Shown piece after piece: positions 18,029 through 28,113 of a stretch of DNA of 64,000 nt (positions within the stretch are counted from its first letter, which is position 1; every line of letters begins with the position of its first letter). The notes below the pieces were generated by a model that had not been told where the DNA came from, ran no database searches, and was given only the letters and a program-made list of their open reading frames with translations. The position numbers were made by a program, and so were the translations under genes. This DNA is from a virus (taxonomy: Duplodnaviria; Caudoviricetes): the IMG/VR virus record IMGVR_UViG_2508501124_000001, positions 5,277-69,276 of that record; one strand, written 5' to 3'.

Positions 18029-18510
18029 GTCACGGCGGCGACCGTTTCCTCCCAATCCTCGGCGTCGATCTTCCCGCTAGAAATTGCCGTTTCGACCGGC
18101 AACATGTCCCATCCATTTGGACCCGGACACAAGATGGTAGTCAGGCGCTTGAACTCAGCGAAGAGGGCGTCTGTCTCGTCGTCATTCACGTTCCCGCGCT
18201 CGTCGATCATGCCTAGGCTGATAGCCTCCTTACGCCCTTCATCCTTGAGCGTCAGCGCTGCAATGCGCGGCCCGGAGCCCATTAGATAGTGAGCGCCCTT
18301 ACTTGACAATGATGCCTTGGTTGCCGCGAGAACGCGGTAGTGCTGCTCAAAAACGGCGCGCGACACGGGCGTATGGAAGGCATGGATTCTCACCACGTCT
18401 TCGGTCACTTCCTCGGTCACGTCTTTGCCGTCAACCTTCTTCGTGACCTTCCGCGTGATTTTTTCAGTCACGACCGGAAGAACAAGATTTCTGTTTTCAT
18501 CGATGCGCAT
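17848..18510 (-). CDS. Tail assembly chaperone (G-like)
   Basis: Position between tube and tape measure genes. Confidence 0.65.
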   Translation of the reverse strand: MRIDENRNLVLPVVTEKITRKVTKKVDGKDVTEEVTEDVVRIHAFHTPVSRAVFEQHYRVLAATKASLSSKGAHYLMGSGPRIAALTLKDEGRKEAISLGMIDERGNVNDDETDALFAEFKRLTTILCPGPNGWDMLPVETAISSGKIDAEDWEETVAAVTFFTCHYAMAKKADRATAANGTASFLGASITSSTPTEFLASLPTLTQDAPTTKTPSSIPS

Positions 18511-18602
18511 CTCAATCCCTTTAATCGAGCCTTATGAGGTGCCACGGCAGCCGGTAAGGTGCCGGCGTTTCGGGTCGCGTCCCCAGCCGTGGCGTGAGGT
18601 TG

Positions 18603-19046
18603 TTACGTGAAACTCCAGAGGGAGGCGTTCACGTTGAACGAGCCGCGGAGTGTCAATCGAACCACTGGATCAGTGCCGTCGAATGCGCCCGGGCTGATCA
18701 TGCGAATGCCCGTGTCATTCAATGTGATTGCTGGCCATGCCGAGGTATCGCTGTGAATCGTCACATCGCCCAGAACGCTGTTGTCTTGCGCCTGAGCTAG
18801 CCAGTTCGCTGCCAGCGCCTGCGATCGGAGCAGACCCACTGTAATCGTCGCCATCACATAGGGTTCGGGCGAGTTCACAACACCAGTCGCCGTCTCGATC
18901 TGCTGATTGAAATCACCCTCGAATTCAATGTGGCAGAAAGATTTGCCCATGTACTGACTCGTGATGTTCAGCGTGGGGGTTGCGGGAACAACTACCGAGC
19001 ATCGGACGCGGTTCAGCGGTCCCGCATTCAGATAGGGATTAGCCAT
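18603..19046 (-). CDS. Tail tube protein
   Basis: 147 aa, directly after the sheath gene. Confidence 0.7.
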   Translation of the reverse strand: MANPYLNAGPLNRVRCSVVVPATPTLNITSQYMGKSFCHIEFEGDFNQQIETATGVVNSPEPYVMATITVGLLRSQALAANWLAQAQDNSVLGDVTIHSDTSAWPAITLNDTGIRMISPGAFDGTDPVVRLTLRGSFNVNASLWSFT

Positions 19047-19055
19047 GTTGCGTCC

Positions 19056-20378
19056 TTAGTTCACAATCTGGGTGGCGTCGAGGTTGAAGGTGAGCGTCAG
19101 GAATGCGTTCTGACCAACCACCGTCGCCGAGAAGCCGTTGTAGATACCGGCGTTGTAGTCGTTCGGGTTTTCCGTCGTGTACGTCGAGAACGGCACAGCC
19201 GTCACAACGGCGCTCAACGCACAACCGAACTTCACAGCCGAGTTCGCTACGTTCTGCGCAACGGCGAGAAGCGTGTTGATGCCGTTCTGGTCATACAGCA
19301 GCGGGGGATTGCTGTTGGAGCCGTTGATGACTGCTGCAGCGAGCGCCTGCTTGACCTGTATGCGGAACCAGTCGATCCCGTACCACCACGCAGCCTGCTC
19401 ACCATCCATCGTCGTGCCCTTGAAGACACATGCGGTGGAAATGCCGCCTTCGGCACCTGTGTAAATCAGATTGCCGTAGTTCGTCAGAACCGTATTGATG
19501 CTCGTCTGATTGCTTTTGTCCCAAGGCGTAACACCAAACGCGTAGCGATAAGACATCGGCGCAAGCGGATTGGACGAGCCCGGCTTATTTACCAGCCAGT
19601 TGTAGAAGTCCGCCGATAGTTGATGCTCGGTCGACGCCTTGGTAGGGCTCGGAACCTGCGCGTAGACCGCCTTGTTCGTGGCGTAGGTAGGTAGATTCGC
19701 AACGGTCGTCGTGACGAAGAAATACGTCTGGCCACTCGGGCTCTCGTAGTTCGCCGTCATCGTGTTCAGTGCTGCAGCCGAGGCCGCATCCCACGCAGCG
19801 GGCAGCAGGTAGGCATAGAACACTTGCGGATTGCTATTTGCCGTAATCCACGTTTGCAAGGCCGTGATTGCCGATGCGGCCGTGGTCTGCGCGCCCAGTT
19901 CGAGCACGTAGACGCCGACCGAGTTGCCTTGCGCGAAAAACGTCGTTGCGGCGTTGCTGATGAATCCAGCGTTCGACGGGAGATAGGTTCCCGGAACTGT
20001 CTCGGTGCCCGGATTCGTCGCGATGGCGAACGTGAACGTGTTGGTGCCGGTGACCGTCGCCGCATACGTCCCGTTGTAAGCCGCAGGCGTAGCGCCGGCA
20101 ATGGTCGTGGTGAATGTCTGGCCCGTCGCCAGACCGATCGTGGCCGTGGTGGTAGCCGTGACCGTGCCGCTAGACCAGACCATGCCAGTCAATGCGAGAG
20201 GCGCGGCGAGCAGTGCTTGAACGGCAGAAAGCGTGCCGCAGTACTGATACGTTCCGCTGGTGAGAGTCGTGCCGCCCGCAGACACAATCGCACCACTCTG
20301 CTGCAGTTGGGAGACGGTCGGCGCGCGCGTGACGGTCGTGTTGACCGTGACGATCGTCGGAGTGATGGTTGTCGCCAT
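19056..20378 (-). CDS. Tail sheath protein (DUF3383-like)
   Basis: Size; WWYGIDWFRIQVKQAL and YNAGIYNG C-terminal motifs. Confidence 0.75.
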   Translation of the reverse strand: MATTITPTIVTVNTTVTRAPTVSQLQQSGAIVSAGGTTLTSGTYQYCGTLSAVQALLAAPLALTGMVWSSGTVTATTTATIGLATGQTFTTTIAGATPAAYNGTYAATVTGTNTFTFAIATNPGTETVPGTYLPSNAGFISNAATTFFAQGNSVGVYVLELGAQTTAASAITALQTWITANSNPQVFYAYLLPAAWDAASAAALNTMTANYESPSGQTYFFVTTTVANLPTYATNKAVYAQVPSPTKASTEHQLSADFYNWLVNKPGSSNPLAPMSYRYAFGVTPWDKSNQTSINTVLTNYGNLIYTGAEGGISTACVFKGTTMDGEQAAWWYGIDWFRIQVKQALAAAVINGSNSNPPLLYDQNGINTLLAVAQNVANSAVKFGCALSAVVTAVPFSTYTTENPNDYNAGIYNGFSATVVGQNAFLTLTFNLDATQIVN

Positions 20379-20396
20379 GTGGGCGGACTCCTGTTA

Positions 20397-20771
20397 TTAA
20401 TCGAACGAGACGGCAACTTGACCGCCCGTGCCCGGATCAACCACGATCCCGGCGAGGCAGGGGAAATCAAGGGGGATGACGGTGCCGACTGCCGGCCACG
20501 AAGCGGTGTATTTGATGATTGCGTTTGCGGTAGCCGCGGCGCCCGTAGTGGCCACGTCATAGACTGCGAAGTTGCCGGCCGTAGCGACAGCAACGACGGT
20601 GACTTTGCAAACTCGTCCGGCGCTGGCCTTGACAGCCGTGATCGCGGTGATGTTCAGCTTGTTCGTCGAGCCATTGCCGATGAGCAAATTGCCGCTCTGG
20701 TCCATCTGAAGCGGCGAACTCTTGTTTGCTGCGCTGAGTGCTACGTTTGATTTAATGGGGCTTTGGGGCAT
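20397..20771 (-). CDS. Small structural protein
   Basis: Beta-rich 124 aa within the morphogenesis cluster. Confidence 0.6.
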   Translation of the reverse strand: MPQSPIKSNVALSAANKSSPLQMDQSGNLLIGNGSTNKLNITAITAVKASAGRVCKVTVVAVATAGNFAVYDVATTGAAATANAIIKYTASWPAVGTVIPLDFPCLAGIVVDPGTGGQVAVSFD

Positions 20772-20788
20772 TTTTGAAACTCCAAATG

Positions 20789-20810
20789 AAAAACCCCGCC
20801 GTAGCGGGGT
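20789..20810 (-). terminator. Intrinsic terminator
   Basis: ACCCCGC/GCGGGGT stem plus T5. Confidence 0.75.
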
Positions 20811-20835
20811 GTTGATCTAGTCGGGGTGCCCCGCG

Positions 20836-21786
20836 CTAGGAGGTGGTGATCGAAGAAAATCCAGCGGACAGAATCAGTCGTCGCGCGATGGCATCAGAGG
20901 TCGTCTGGAAATACCATGCGTCAATATCGAGAGTCTTTTTCATCGCGATCACATTCAACTCGGATTGCGTTCGCTTGGCATCCTTGATAACCGGCGAGTT
21001 GCCGAAGCCAAAGTTGTCCGTGTTCAGCGAGTAATCGATCAGTGATGCATAGAACTGGATCGCCTGCTGATTTGTGAGTCCGTACAGCGTCAAACGAACC
21101 CGGTCTTTGGCTAGTTGCGAGCTCGGCATGTCATGCAGTGGAGACGCGCCCGAATTCGCCTCAACCGTTCCCGGCCAGACATAGATCGGAAACGATGGCG
21201 CCTCCGTCATATCAGGATCGACGTGCGCCACGATGTACGGAGGCACAACGTTAGCGGGCACTAGATACGACGGATACACGGGAAGCGATACGGTGCCTTG
21301 CGCCAGCCAGATCGGCAGGCTATTCGAAACGATCGGGCCATCCGGTAGATCCGCAGCACTGTCAACTAGCTGCGAAGCGAGGGCGGGATAAACCGCGTTG
21401 CCGAGATAGTGATAAAGGTTCGCCTGCTCATAGAACGAGCCGCGAACATTGAAAGAGAAACGAATTCCGTTGAAGGAACCGAGCCACATCGTATCAGGCG
21501 ATACCGTGTTGAACTCGTCAATCTGGCTCAGCGCAGTGAAAATGACACGGTTGATGTCGATTGTCTCGTCTTCATTCTGCTGCTGGTCCGTGGCGTAGTG
21601 CAGCGAACCTTGGACGGTCGTTGTGACGCCAGTGTTGACCCAGAATACCGTACCGTCTTCGGAGATGACTTGGCGGGCGTACTGCGTGAATACCACGCTC
21701 TGATTATTCGAGAGCGTGTTGACGCCCGCGGCTAGATCGTTCGCAAGCTGGCTTTGAGACGAGAGTGACTCAGCTATGGATGGCAT
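20836..21786 (-). CDS. Neck/tail-completion protein (possibly head-closure + terminator fusion)
   Basis: 316 aa between neck and sheath genes. Confidence 0.55.
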   Translation of the reverse strand: MPSIAESLSSQSQLANDLAAGVNTLSNNQSVVFTQYARQVISEDGTVFWVNTGVTTTVQGSLHYATDQQQNEDETIDINRVIFTALSQIDEFNTVSPDTMWLGSFNGIRFSFNVRGSFYEQANLYHYLGNAVYPALASQLVDSAADLPDGPIVSNSLPIWLAQGTVSLPVYPSYLVPANVVPPYIVAHVDPDMTEAPSFPIYVWPGTVEANSGASPLHDMPSSQLAKDRVRLTLYGLTNQQAIQFYASLIDYSLNTDNFGFGNSPVIKDAKRTQSELNVIAMKKTLDIDAWYFQTTSDAIARRLILSAGFSSITTS

Positions 21787-21794
21787 CTATTTTC

Positions 21795-22385
21795 CTAACT
21801 CATCCACGCGACGAAATTGGCCATATACATGCCAGTGTCTACAAATGACGGGCGCCGCGGGTTCCCCTTGGCATATGGATGCTTCAGGCGGTGATTCACG
21901 CCGTCTAGCGCTGCTTGTGTCGGCACGCCAGCGATACCCATGCTCTCAACTTGCTGCGTGAAAATGAACTGCTTGAACATGGCAGTGATTGCGGATTCAG
22001 CAGAGGCGAACGGATTGGGCGAAGGCTGTCCGCCCATCATCATCGTTTCCAGCGAACCGGCAATCGACTCCTCGAGTTCCTTCGCGATGTCAGGCAACCG
22101 GGCGAAGGCGAACGTATCCATGATGTGATACTTCTCTTCGAGGATTTCCGCGATGTCGCCGGTCGTCTTCGTGGCTGCGTCTGACTTTGGCTTGATCGGC
22201 TTGTTCGCTTTGCCTTTCTTGGCCTTCGGGACTTTCTCGTCTGTGGCGCGATCCTGATAGGGTATGTCGATGATTCCGAGGTGCAGCGTGATGCGGGCCG
22301 GCGCAGTTCTCGCGTAAATCTTGGGCGCCGAATAGCTTCCGCCGCCATCTGCGATCGGTGATTCAAAGTCGCGACCGGCTGCCAT
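21795..22385 (-). CDS. Virion morphogenesis/neck protein
   Basis: RRPSFVDTGMY C-terminal motif. Confidence 0.6.
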   Translation of the reverse strand: MAAGRDFESPIADGGGSYSAPKIYARTAPARITLHLGIIDIPYQDRATDEKVPKAKKGKANKPIKPKSDAATKTTGDIAEILEEKYHIMDTFAFARLPDIAKELEESIAGSLETMMMGGQPSPNPFASAESAITAMFKQFIFTQQVESMGIAGVPTQAALDGVNHRLKHPYAKGNPRRPSFVDTGMYMANFVAWMS

Positions 22386-22393
22386 ACTTCATC

Positions 22394-22897
22394 CTAGGAG
22401 ATGCCCCAGATCGGGCCGTTATCTGCCATAGCTGCAAGCCACTGGCGCCCGAATGGGTCCTTTAGCGCCTGGAGTTGGCCGATCGTTAGACCGCTCAAAA
22501 ACTCGGGCATTAGCATCGATTCCGACGTGCTCTGATCTGCCGTCGACTGGATGATGCCGCCAGTAAAGCCGGTCAGATTCCACGTCTTCCGCAGATCCGC
22601 AAAGTACGTTTGCCCCGGCTGATCCGGGCACCAGTTGATGAGGAACGACGTTGCTAAGCAGTAGACCGCGAAACAGTAATAGTCCTGCCCAACGAAACGC
22701 AGGACTTGCAGCGTCATTTCCTCGGCGTAGCTCAGCGCCCACGGTATGTAGGCGCTATCCGAAGGAAGGGCACTCGTCGGAATGCCCGCCACGGTCGTCA
22801 GGAACGTGTACAGGTCCGTGACGTTTGGTGTGGTCGACGTCTGCCAAGGCGCGAGCGCGCCCATACCCGGCAGCGGGGGAAAGCAGAACGCGCTCAT
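22394..22897 (-). CDS. Head-tail connector (DUF4054-like)
   Basis: AVYCLATSFL and DPFGRQWLA motifs. Confidence 0.7.
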   Translation of the reverse strand: MSAFCFPPLPGMGALAPWQTSTTPNVTDLYTFLTTVAGIPTSALPSDSAYIPWALSYAEEMTLQVLRFVGQDYYCFAVYCLATSFLINWCPDQPGQTYFADLRKTWNLTGFTGGIIQSTADQSTSESMLMPEFLSGLTIGQLQALKDPFGRQWLAAMADNGPIWGIS

Positions 22898-22905
22898 GTT
22901 TGCCT

Positions 22906-23418
22906 TTAGTTACGACGGGGACGGCCACGCCCGCGGCGCTCTTGCGGAGCATCGTCGCCAACGGAGATGACTTCGTGAACAGTCGCTTCGACGCCCTTCT
23001 GTTCGACTTCCTGAATCTCAACTTCGAAGTTTCCGAGATGAGCGTCGGTTTCCTGTGCAGCGCGCTTCATCAGGTCATCGGACGATACAGCGGCTTCCTT
23101 GCGACGCTCGAGAGCCTGCTGCACTAGCGCATCTTCGTTTTTCGTCATGCCTGTATAGAGGCGATCGAGCGGGATCGGCGTATCGTACTGATACAACTGG
23201 CCGACAAACTCGCGATGCCGGTCCATTTCCGAAACCGGGATCAGGCCATACATGCGGTGCTGGTCGACAATGCGCTCGTGATCGACGCGATTGCCTTGCG
23301 GATAGACGCTTTCTTGTTGGCCCGGCTTGATCTTGGTGACAACCGGTTTCTTGCTGTTTTCAACCCAGTAGATCAGATTGAATTCTTGCTTTGTGAGGTT
23401 CGCAACGTATAGAGCCAT
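22906..23418 (-). CDS. Hypothetical phage protein
   Basis: 170-aa ORF after the capsid gene. Confidence 0.6.
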   Translation of the reverse strand: MALYVANLTKQEFNLIYWVENSKKPVVTKIKPGQQESVYPQGNRVDHERIVDQHRMYGLIPVSEMDRHREFVGQLYQYDTPIPLDRLYTGMTKNEDALVQQALERRKEAAVSSDDLMKRAAQETDAHLGNFEVEIQEVEQKGVEATVHEVISVGDDAPQERRGRGRPRRN

Positions 23419-23512
23419 GACAGTCCCTGTTAAAAGTTATCCCTGTAAGTGCCTGCGGAAACACGACAGGGGGCGTGCTTGTCAGTTGCGCAACCTATCC
23501 GCAGGGCGAGCC

Positions 23513-24532
23513 TTAATACGCTGCGCTGATGAGCGTGAGCGCTTCCGGACGCGGGCTCCAACCCGAAGTCGAGCGCAGTTCCGACACGACATCGACAGCG
23601 CCAGCCGTGAGCGGAGCTGTGATCTCGGTCGGAGCTGCACGGTCGACCAGCTGGATCGAGCATGCTTGCAGGCCCGGAGTGAGTTCAGCGAACGCGTTGG
23701 TGTTGATGCGGCCACCGTTCGGCTTCTTCACTTCCGGCATGGAGATGATGATCATGTCCGTGCCGCCAGCGCCCTTACCCTTGAGGGTGTCGTCACAGGC
23801 CCACGTGATCTCGTCCTCATTCCAGTCGAGCACATCATCGATCAGGCCACGCGACGACTTCGAACCCGCGCCTTCGCGCTGGAACTGGGTCAGTTGCACG
23901 ATGCCCTGATAGCTGATCGCTTCGAGGATTTCCTGCGTGGTCGTGACGGCGAAACGTGCCGGCATGCCCATCTGCATCGTGCGGACCTTGATCTGGCCGA
24001 TCTGCTGCAGCAGGAAGAACGCGAGTTCGCCGTTGTCGTACGTCGAGATGGTCGTGTTGCCGTTCGAGTCAGCGGGCAGGCTGATTGCCGTTGCGCCGTT
24101 CGCGTTCAGCAGACCTTCGCCGTTCGACGGGTTCGCGCCGTACAGCAGCAGGTTCCGTTGTTGCTGGAACGTTGCCTGACGCATTGCGAGACGATGTGCT
24201 TCGACCGTCGATGCGCCAACGCGGCCGAGTGCAGCCGTGTCGTGATGGTCGTATTCCGCGCGCGAGCGGATCATGTACGTCGGCGTGCTGATTTCGCTGT
24301 ACACGACCGAGCACGACGGAAGCTGGTTCGACGCGAACTGGCCGGTCTGCACTTGCGTGCGAACGTCCATGCGCTTGATGTAGACAGCCAGGTCGCCTTC
24401 GCCGAGACGCACGAGCGGATCGCCCGTTGCGATCAGGTCGAACGCGCCCGATGCCTGTTGATATTGCAGAAGCAGTTCGGGGACCAGGTAATGCGGCGAG
24501 ACCCGAATCTGTGCCGGTACGATATTTGCCAT
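23513..24532 (-). CDS. Major capsid protein (DUF2184-like, HK97 fold)
   Basis: 339 aa; QRNLLLYG..GEGLLN motif; position. Confidence 0.8.
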   Translation of the reverse strand: MANIVPAQIRVSPHYLVPELLLQYQQASGAFDLIATGDPLVRLGEGDLAVYIKRMDVRTQVQTGQFASNQLPSCSVVYSEISTPTYMIRSRAEYDHHDTAALGRVGASTVEAHRLAMRQATFQQQRNLLLYGANPSNGEGLLNANGATAISLPADSNGNTTISTYDNGELAFFLLQQIGQIKVRTMQMGMPARFAVTTTQEILEAISYQGIVQLTQFQREGAGSKSSRGLIDDVLDWNEDEITWACDDTLKGKGAGGTDMIIISMPEVKKPNGGRINTNAFAELTPGLQACSIQLVDRAAPTEITAPLTAGAVDVVSELRSTSGWSPRPEALTLISAAY

Positions 24533-24546
24533 GTGTAGTTACCGCC

Positions 24547-25425
24547 TTAGATGAGAATGAGGGCAGTCGTACCCTGGCGATTCCAGGTTGCCGCACCGGT
24601 ATTTGCGTTGAAGGAAACCGTCATGCTGTTGCCGACGTTGACCGAAAGAACCTTGACCGGGAGAACGGCCGTGTTCTGGACGAGGGTGATCGTGCCGGTG
24701 AGTGCGCCGGTTGCGATCGCGCCCGAAGCCGCCGTCACCTGGAACGAGAAGTGCGTGTTGTCGGTGAAAGACGTCACGGTTTGAACGCCGTTGACGAGCG
24801 CTGCGCCCGTGCCGGTCACGCCAGCAACGTCGATCGTGTCGCCAACTGCGGTGACGTTCGTTGCTGCGCCTGCGACCACTGCGAAGGTGTACACGCCGTT
24901 AGCGAACGACGAGGTGATCGACGTAACGGCAACGGTTGCCGTGCCGCCAGTCGGGACCAGCGTTTGCGTGTTGAAGTCCCAGTTCACCGCTTGCGAGACG
25001 AGACCGCCGTCCAGCGAGACGAGACCCGGGTCAGCAGCGACAGCGATACGCGCGCCGCTACCCATGCGGAAGTACGCAACGGTGGCGCCAGTCGAGCCAG
25101 CGAGCGGGACCGGGCTTTGCGGCGAGCCAACCATCGAATAGGCCTGGTTGAACACCGAGAAGCCCGCGAGGTTCGCAGATGCCGTTGCAGGAGCAATCAT
25201 GCTGCCGAGCGTCACGTCGTTGCCTGCGACCGGAATGTATTCGCTGATCGCCATTCCGCCCCAGACCGGGCTGGATGCGCTTGCCGAAAGATTGCCGAGC
25301 GAGAGCGCATAGCGCACTGCCGGGTCGTCCATGAACACGCCCTGCACGTAGCCGGCGCTTTGTACCGAAAACGAGCCTTGGGCATTCGTCGTCTGGTACG
25401 GGTAGAAAGGGGTATTAATTGCCAT
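24547..25425 (-). CDS. Capsid decoration/cement protein with inserted beta-sandwich domain
   Basis: Between protease and capsid genes; FRMGSGARI motif. Confidence 0.7.
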   Translation of the reverse strand: MAINTPFYPYQTTNAQGSFSVQSAGYVQGVFMDDPAVRYALSLGNLSASASSPVWGGMAISEYIPVAGNDVTLGSMIAPATASANLAGFSVFNQAYSMVGSPQSPVPLAGSTGATVAYFRMGSGARIAVAADPGLVSLDGGLVSQAVNWDFNTQTLVPTGGTATVAVTSITSSFANGVYTFAVVAGAATNVTAVGDTIDVAGVTGTGAALVNGVQTVTSFTDNTHFSFQVTAASGAIATGALTGTITLVQNTAVLPVKVLSVNVGNSMTVSFNANTGAATWNRQGTTALILI

Positions 25426-25443
25426 GTTTTCTATCCAGAAATG

Positions 25444-25469
25444 AAAAAGGCCCGCTCAGTGGCGGGCCT
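25444..25469 (-). terminator. Intrinsic terminator
   Basis: AGGCCCGC/GCGGGCCT stem plus T5. Confidence 0.7.
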
Positions 25470-25487
25470 CAGATGACGACGATTGCC

Positions 25488-27281
25488 TTAGTGGGCTTTC
25501 GGCTGAATGATCTTGCTCTTCATGCGCGGGGGACGATGTGCGTCCATCCACGACGGACGGCTGTCGAAGAACTCGGTGATCTTGTGGCCGGCTTCGGAGG
25601 TGCGGGTGCGCATGACCGGGCCGTTTTCCGACACAGCCGGGCGGCTTGCGGCGTCCATCGCATCAGCGTAGATGCGTTCTTCAGCGATCGAGAATACGGA
25701 AGCGTCGAGCTTCGACAGATCAACATCCTTCCATTGCGAGCTGTTCGACTTGACCGACGAGGCCAGGCGCTTGCGATAGGCCAGAAGGTCTTCGCCATTC
25801 AGCGCACGAGGAGCCGACTTGCCGAATGCCGAAAACACGCTATCGGCCTTGGCTTGAGCGTCAGCCATCGCCGCGTAGTCGCTATCGTTCAGCGGCTTCG
25901 GCGTGAGTTGAGCGGTCTGGACGAGCAGCTTTTCGAGGTCAGCAACGCGGGCGAGGAGGGCGCCTTCGCGCTTGGCAGCGTCAGCCTTGGCTTCCTCCTT
26001 CTCTTTCTCTTCGGCGTCGGCCTTCTTCTTTTCCTCTTCCTCGTCGGCCTTTTCCTTCTCGGCGTCGGCCTTCTTGTCGCCAACAGCGAGTTCGTCGCCA
26101 GGCATGCCATCGGCCTTCTTGCCTTCGAACGCATCGCAGCGCTTCGAGAGCGAGTCCACAGCCGACATCAGCTTGTCCCACTTCTCGGCGTCTGCCTTTG
26201 CCTTCTCTTCCTCGGCATCAGCTTTCGCCTTCAGCTCGGCGTCGGCCTTGGCACGCGTTTCGAGTTCTTGCTTCGCCTCGGCGTCCGCCTTGGCCTTACG
26301 CTCTTCTTCATTCATCTCAGGTTCCTGAACGTTAGTGGTAGATACGCCAGTCGGCGGACCGCCCTTGTCCCACACGCCAGCCTCGCAGATCGCGATGTGG
26401 TCGAGCAGTTTGGGGTTCCCCTCTATTAGCAACTTTTGCCCGCCGTCGAGGGTTACGGTGGAGTTTTCAATACTCGGATTGCGAAAAACGACGTTGGGTG
26501 ATGTCGACAATTGATCCTGCGACATTAGCGTCGCGGTCGCTTCATCGTAGACGCGCGCGATCGCCCAGACCTCATCGCCCTTGATGTAGGGCAACAGAAC
26601 CGAACCTACTGAACGCCTCTTGAATTCGGCGGAGTCAAGGTTGCAGTTATCGGGGTGGTCAACAATTACCGGCAAGCCGTTGCAACGCGCCAGAAACTCG
26701 TCGTTGAGGTATTCCTCGGGCGGCCGGTAGACATACTCCTCATCCTTGGATCGGTACGATGTTCCGGTGCCAGTGATGCGGATGTCGAAGAGCCACATGT
26801 TCGTGAAGAACTGTGGTGACGAATATTCACCTGAAACCATCGCACGCGCGAGGTCCGTTTCCGTCATTTGCGCTTTCTTGATCGCCTTGAAAGTGTCAGA
26901 CTCGAGCACGTATCGGCAGCCCGGATGCATCGGTTCGGGCCACGATCCAATCGGCGCCCACATGCATTCCGTGCTCTCGTCGCTCAATGCGACTTCGAAG
27001 GGGCGGCACTCGTGATAGAACGTGGTGAATTCGACAGCGCCGTCGCTGGTAGCCCCGAGCCTGACTAGCTTCTCAGGCTCGTATCCGGCTTCCTCTTGCG
27101 TCTCGCGGCGGGCGGCTTGTTCGGGTGTTTCGCCTGGCTCGATCTTGCCTCCGGGTATGCACCATTCGCCAGGATGATCGCCATCAGGACCGCGGCGCAG
27201 AAACAGGACTTTCCCGTCAGCGATAATCAGCGTGCCGGCGGCTTGCATCGGCGCGCCGGCCGATCCTTCTTCTGTTGCCAT
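25488..27281 (-). CDS. Nudix hydrolase - DUF2213-type prohead protease - scaffold fusion
   Basis: Nudix box [23 protein letters not shown]; VIVDHP and [14 protein letters not shown]; KAD-rich coiled coil. Confidence 0.85.
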   Translation of the reverse strand: MATEEGSAGAPMQAAGTLIIADGKVLFLRRGPDGDHPGEWCIPGGKIEPGETPEQAARRETQEEAGYEPEKLVRLGATSDGAVEFTTFYHECRPFEVALSDESTECMWAPIGSWPEPMHPGCRYVLESDTFKAIKKAQMTETDLARAMVSGEYSSPQFFTNMWLFDIRITGTGTSYRSKDEEYVYRPPEEYLNDEFLARCNGLPVIVDHPDNCNLDSAEFKRRSVGSVLLPYIKGDEVWAIARVYDEATATLMSQDQLSTSPNVVFRNPSIENSTVTLDGGQKLLIEGNPKLLDHIAICEAGVWDKGGPPTGVSTTNVQEPEMNEEERKAKADAEAKQELETRAKADAELKAKADAEEEKAKADAEKWDKLMSAVDSLSKRCDAFEGKKADGMPGDELAVGDKKADAEKEKADEEEEKKKADAEEKEKEEAKADAAKREGALLARVADLEKLLVQTAQLTPKPLNDSDYAAMADAQAKADSVFSAFGKSAPRALNGEDLLAYRKRLASSVKSNSSQWKDVDLSKLDASVFSIAEERIYADAMDAASRPAVSENGPVMRTRTSEAGHKITEFFDSRPSWMDAHRPPRMKSKIIQPKAH

Positions 27282-27285
27282 AGCG

Positions 27286-28113
27286 TTATCTCATTGCTGC
27301 GATTTTGGAGCGGGCCTCGGCCAAGGATTCTTCACCTTTCTTGGTCAGCATGTCGCCGGGCAAGTCGCGGAGGGCATACAGCCAGGTAGCAAAGCACGAA
27401 CACGAAACTTCTTGCCCGACGCTCGTAATGTCGTCGTAGTAACCGGTGGGACCGGGCTTGACCAGCCCTTTCTCTTTCGCCCAGCTATTGCGCAGCAGGT
27501 AGATTTTCTGGTCGCGTTCTTTATGATCAGGACGGGCGGCATACCCGGGCCTGCGCCACATCGAATTCCAGCGCATTGCGAGTGCGCCGCCGTCAGTGGC
27601 GATGATCTCGTTGAGGGCCGCGGTGAACTTGTGCGATTGATCAATAACGCATCGCCGCTCTTCAAACGGCATCGACGTTAGCGCCTTCCGGATGTTGTCC
27701 TTCACATCCTTAGTCTCGACCGCCCGCGAGCCTCCAGCCGGCACCGAAGAAGCCCAGCCAGCAAAGCGACGGGTCGTCTTCTCGATCATCTCTTCGCGAT
27801 TTAGCTTGATCAGGTTCCGCGAGACCATGCGGCGACGGTCTAGCTCGGCGCGGAGTTTTGGTTTGAGGCGTTCGACGGTGAAGCGTGCTACGCCCTGGTG
27901 AGTCTTGAGTATCTGACCATCGTCGACGAGTCGCTTATAAATGCCGCCTAGCGTTCGGTTCAGTTCCTCGTTTAGCACGCTCTCGGGGACGAGGGAATCG
28001 ATCGCCGCGCGCCTTATCAGATCCGTCCAATAGGTGAGGCGCTCGACGCTATCGAATCCGTTGAGCTCGAAGTCTCGGATGGCAGCAGTGACAGTCTCAA
28101 AGAAAGTTGCCAT
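27286..28113 (-). CDS. Head morphogenesis protein (Mu gpF-like)
   Basis: RPDHKERD and GQEVSCSC motifs; position after the portal gene. Confidence 0.7.
   Translation of the reverse strand: MATFFETVTAAIRDFELNGFDSVERLTYWTDLIRRAAIDSLVPESVLNEELNRTLGGIYKRLVDDGQILKTHQGVARFTVERLKPKLRAELDRRRMVSRNLIKLNREEMIEKTTRRFAGWASSVPAGGSRAVETKDVKDNIRKALTSMPFEERRCVIDQSHKFTAALNEIIATDGGALAMRWNSMWRRPGYAARPDHKERDQKIYLLRNSWAKEKGLVKPGPTGYYDDITSVGQEVSCSCFATWLYALRDLPGDMLTKKGEESLAEARSKIAAMR

Noticed and set aside
23378-26429. Long plus-strand ORFs (386 aa, 349 aa, 336 aa) opposite the capsid genes
   Set aside because: Antisense shadows of GC-rich, codon-biased real genes; no motifs
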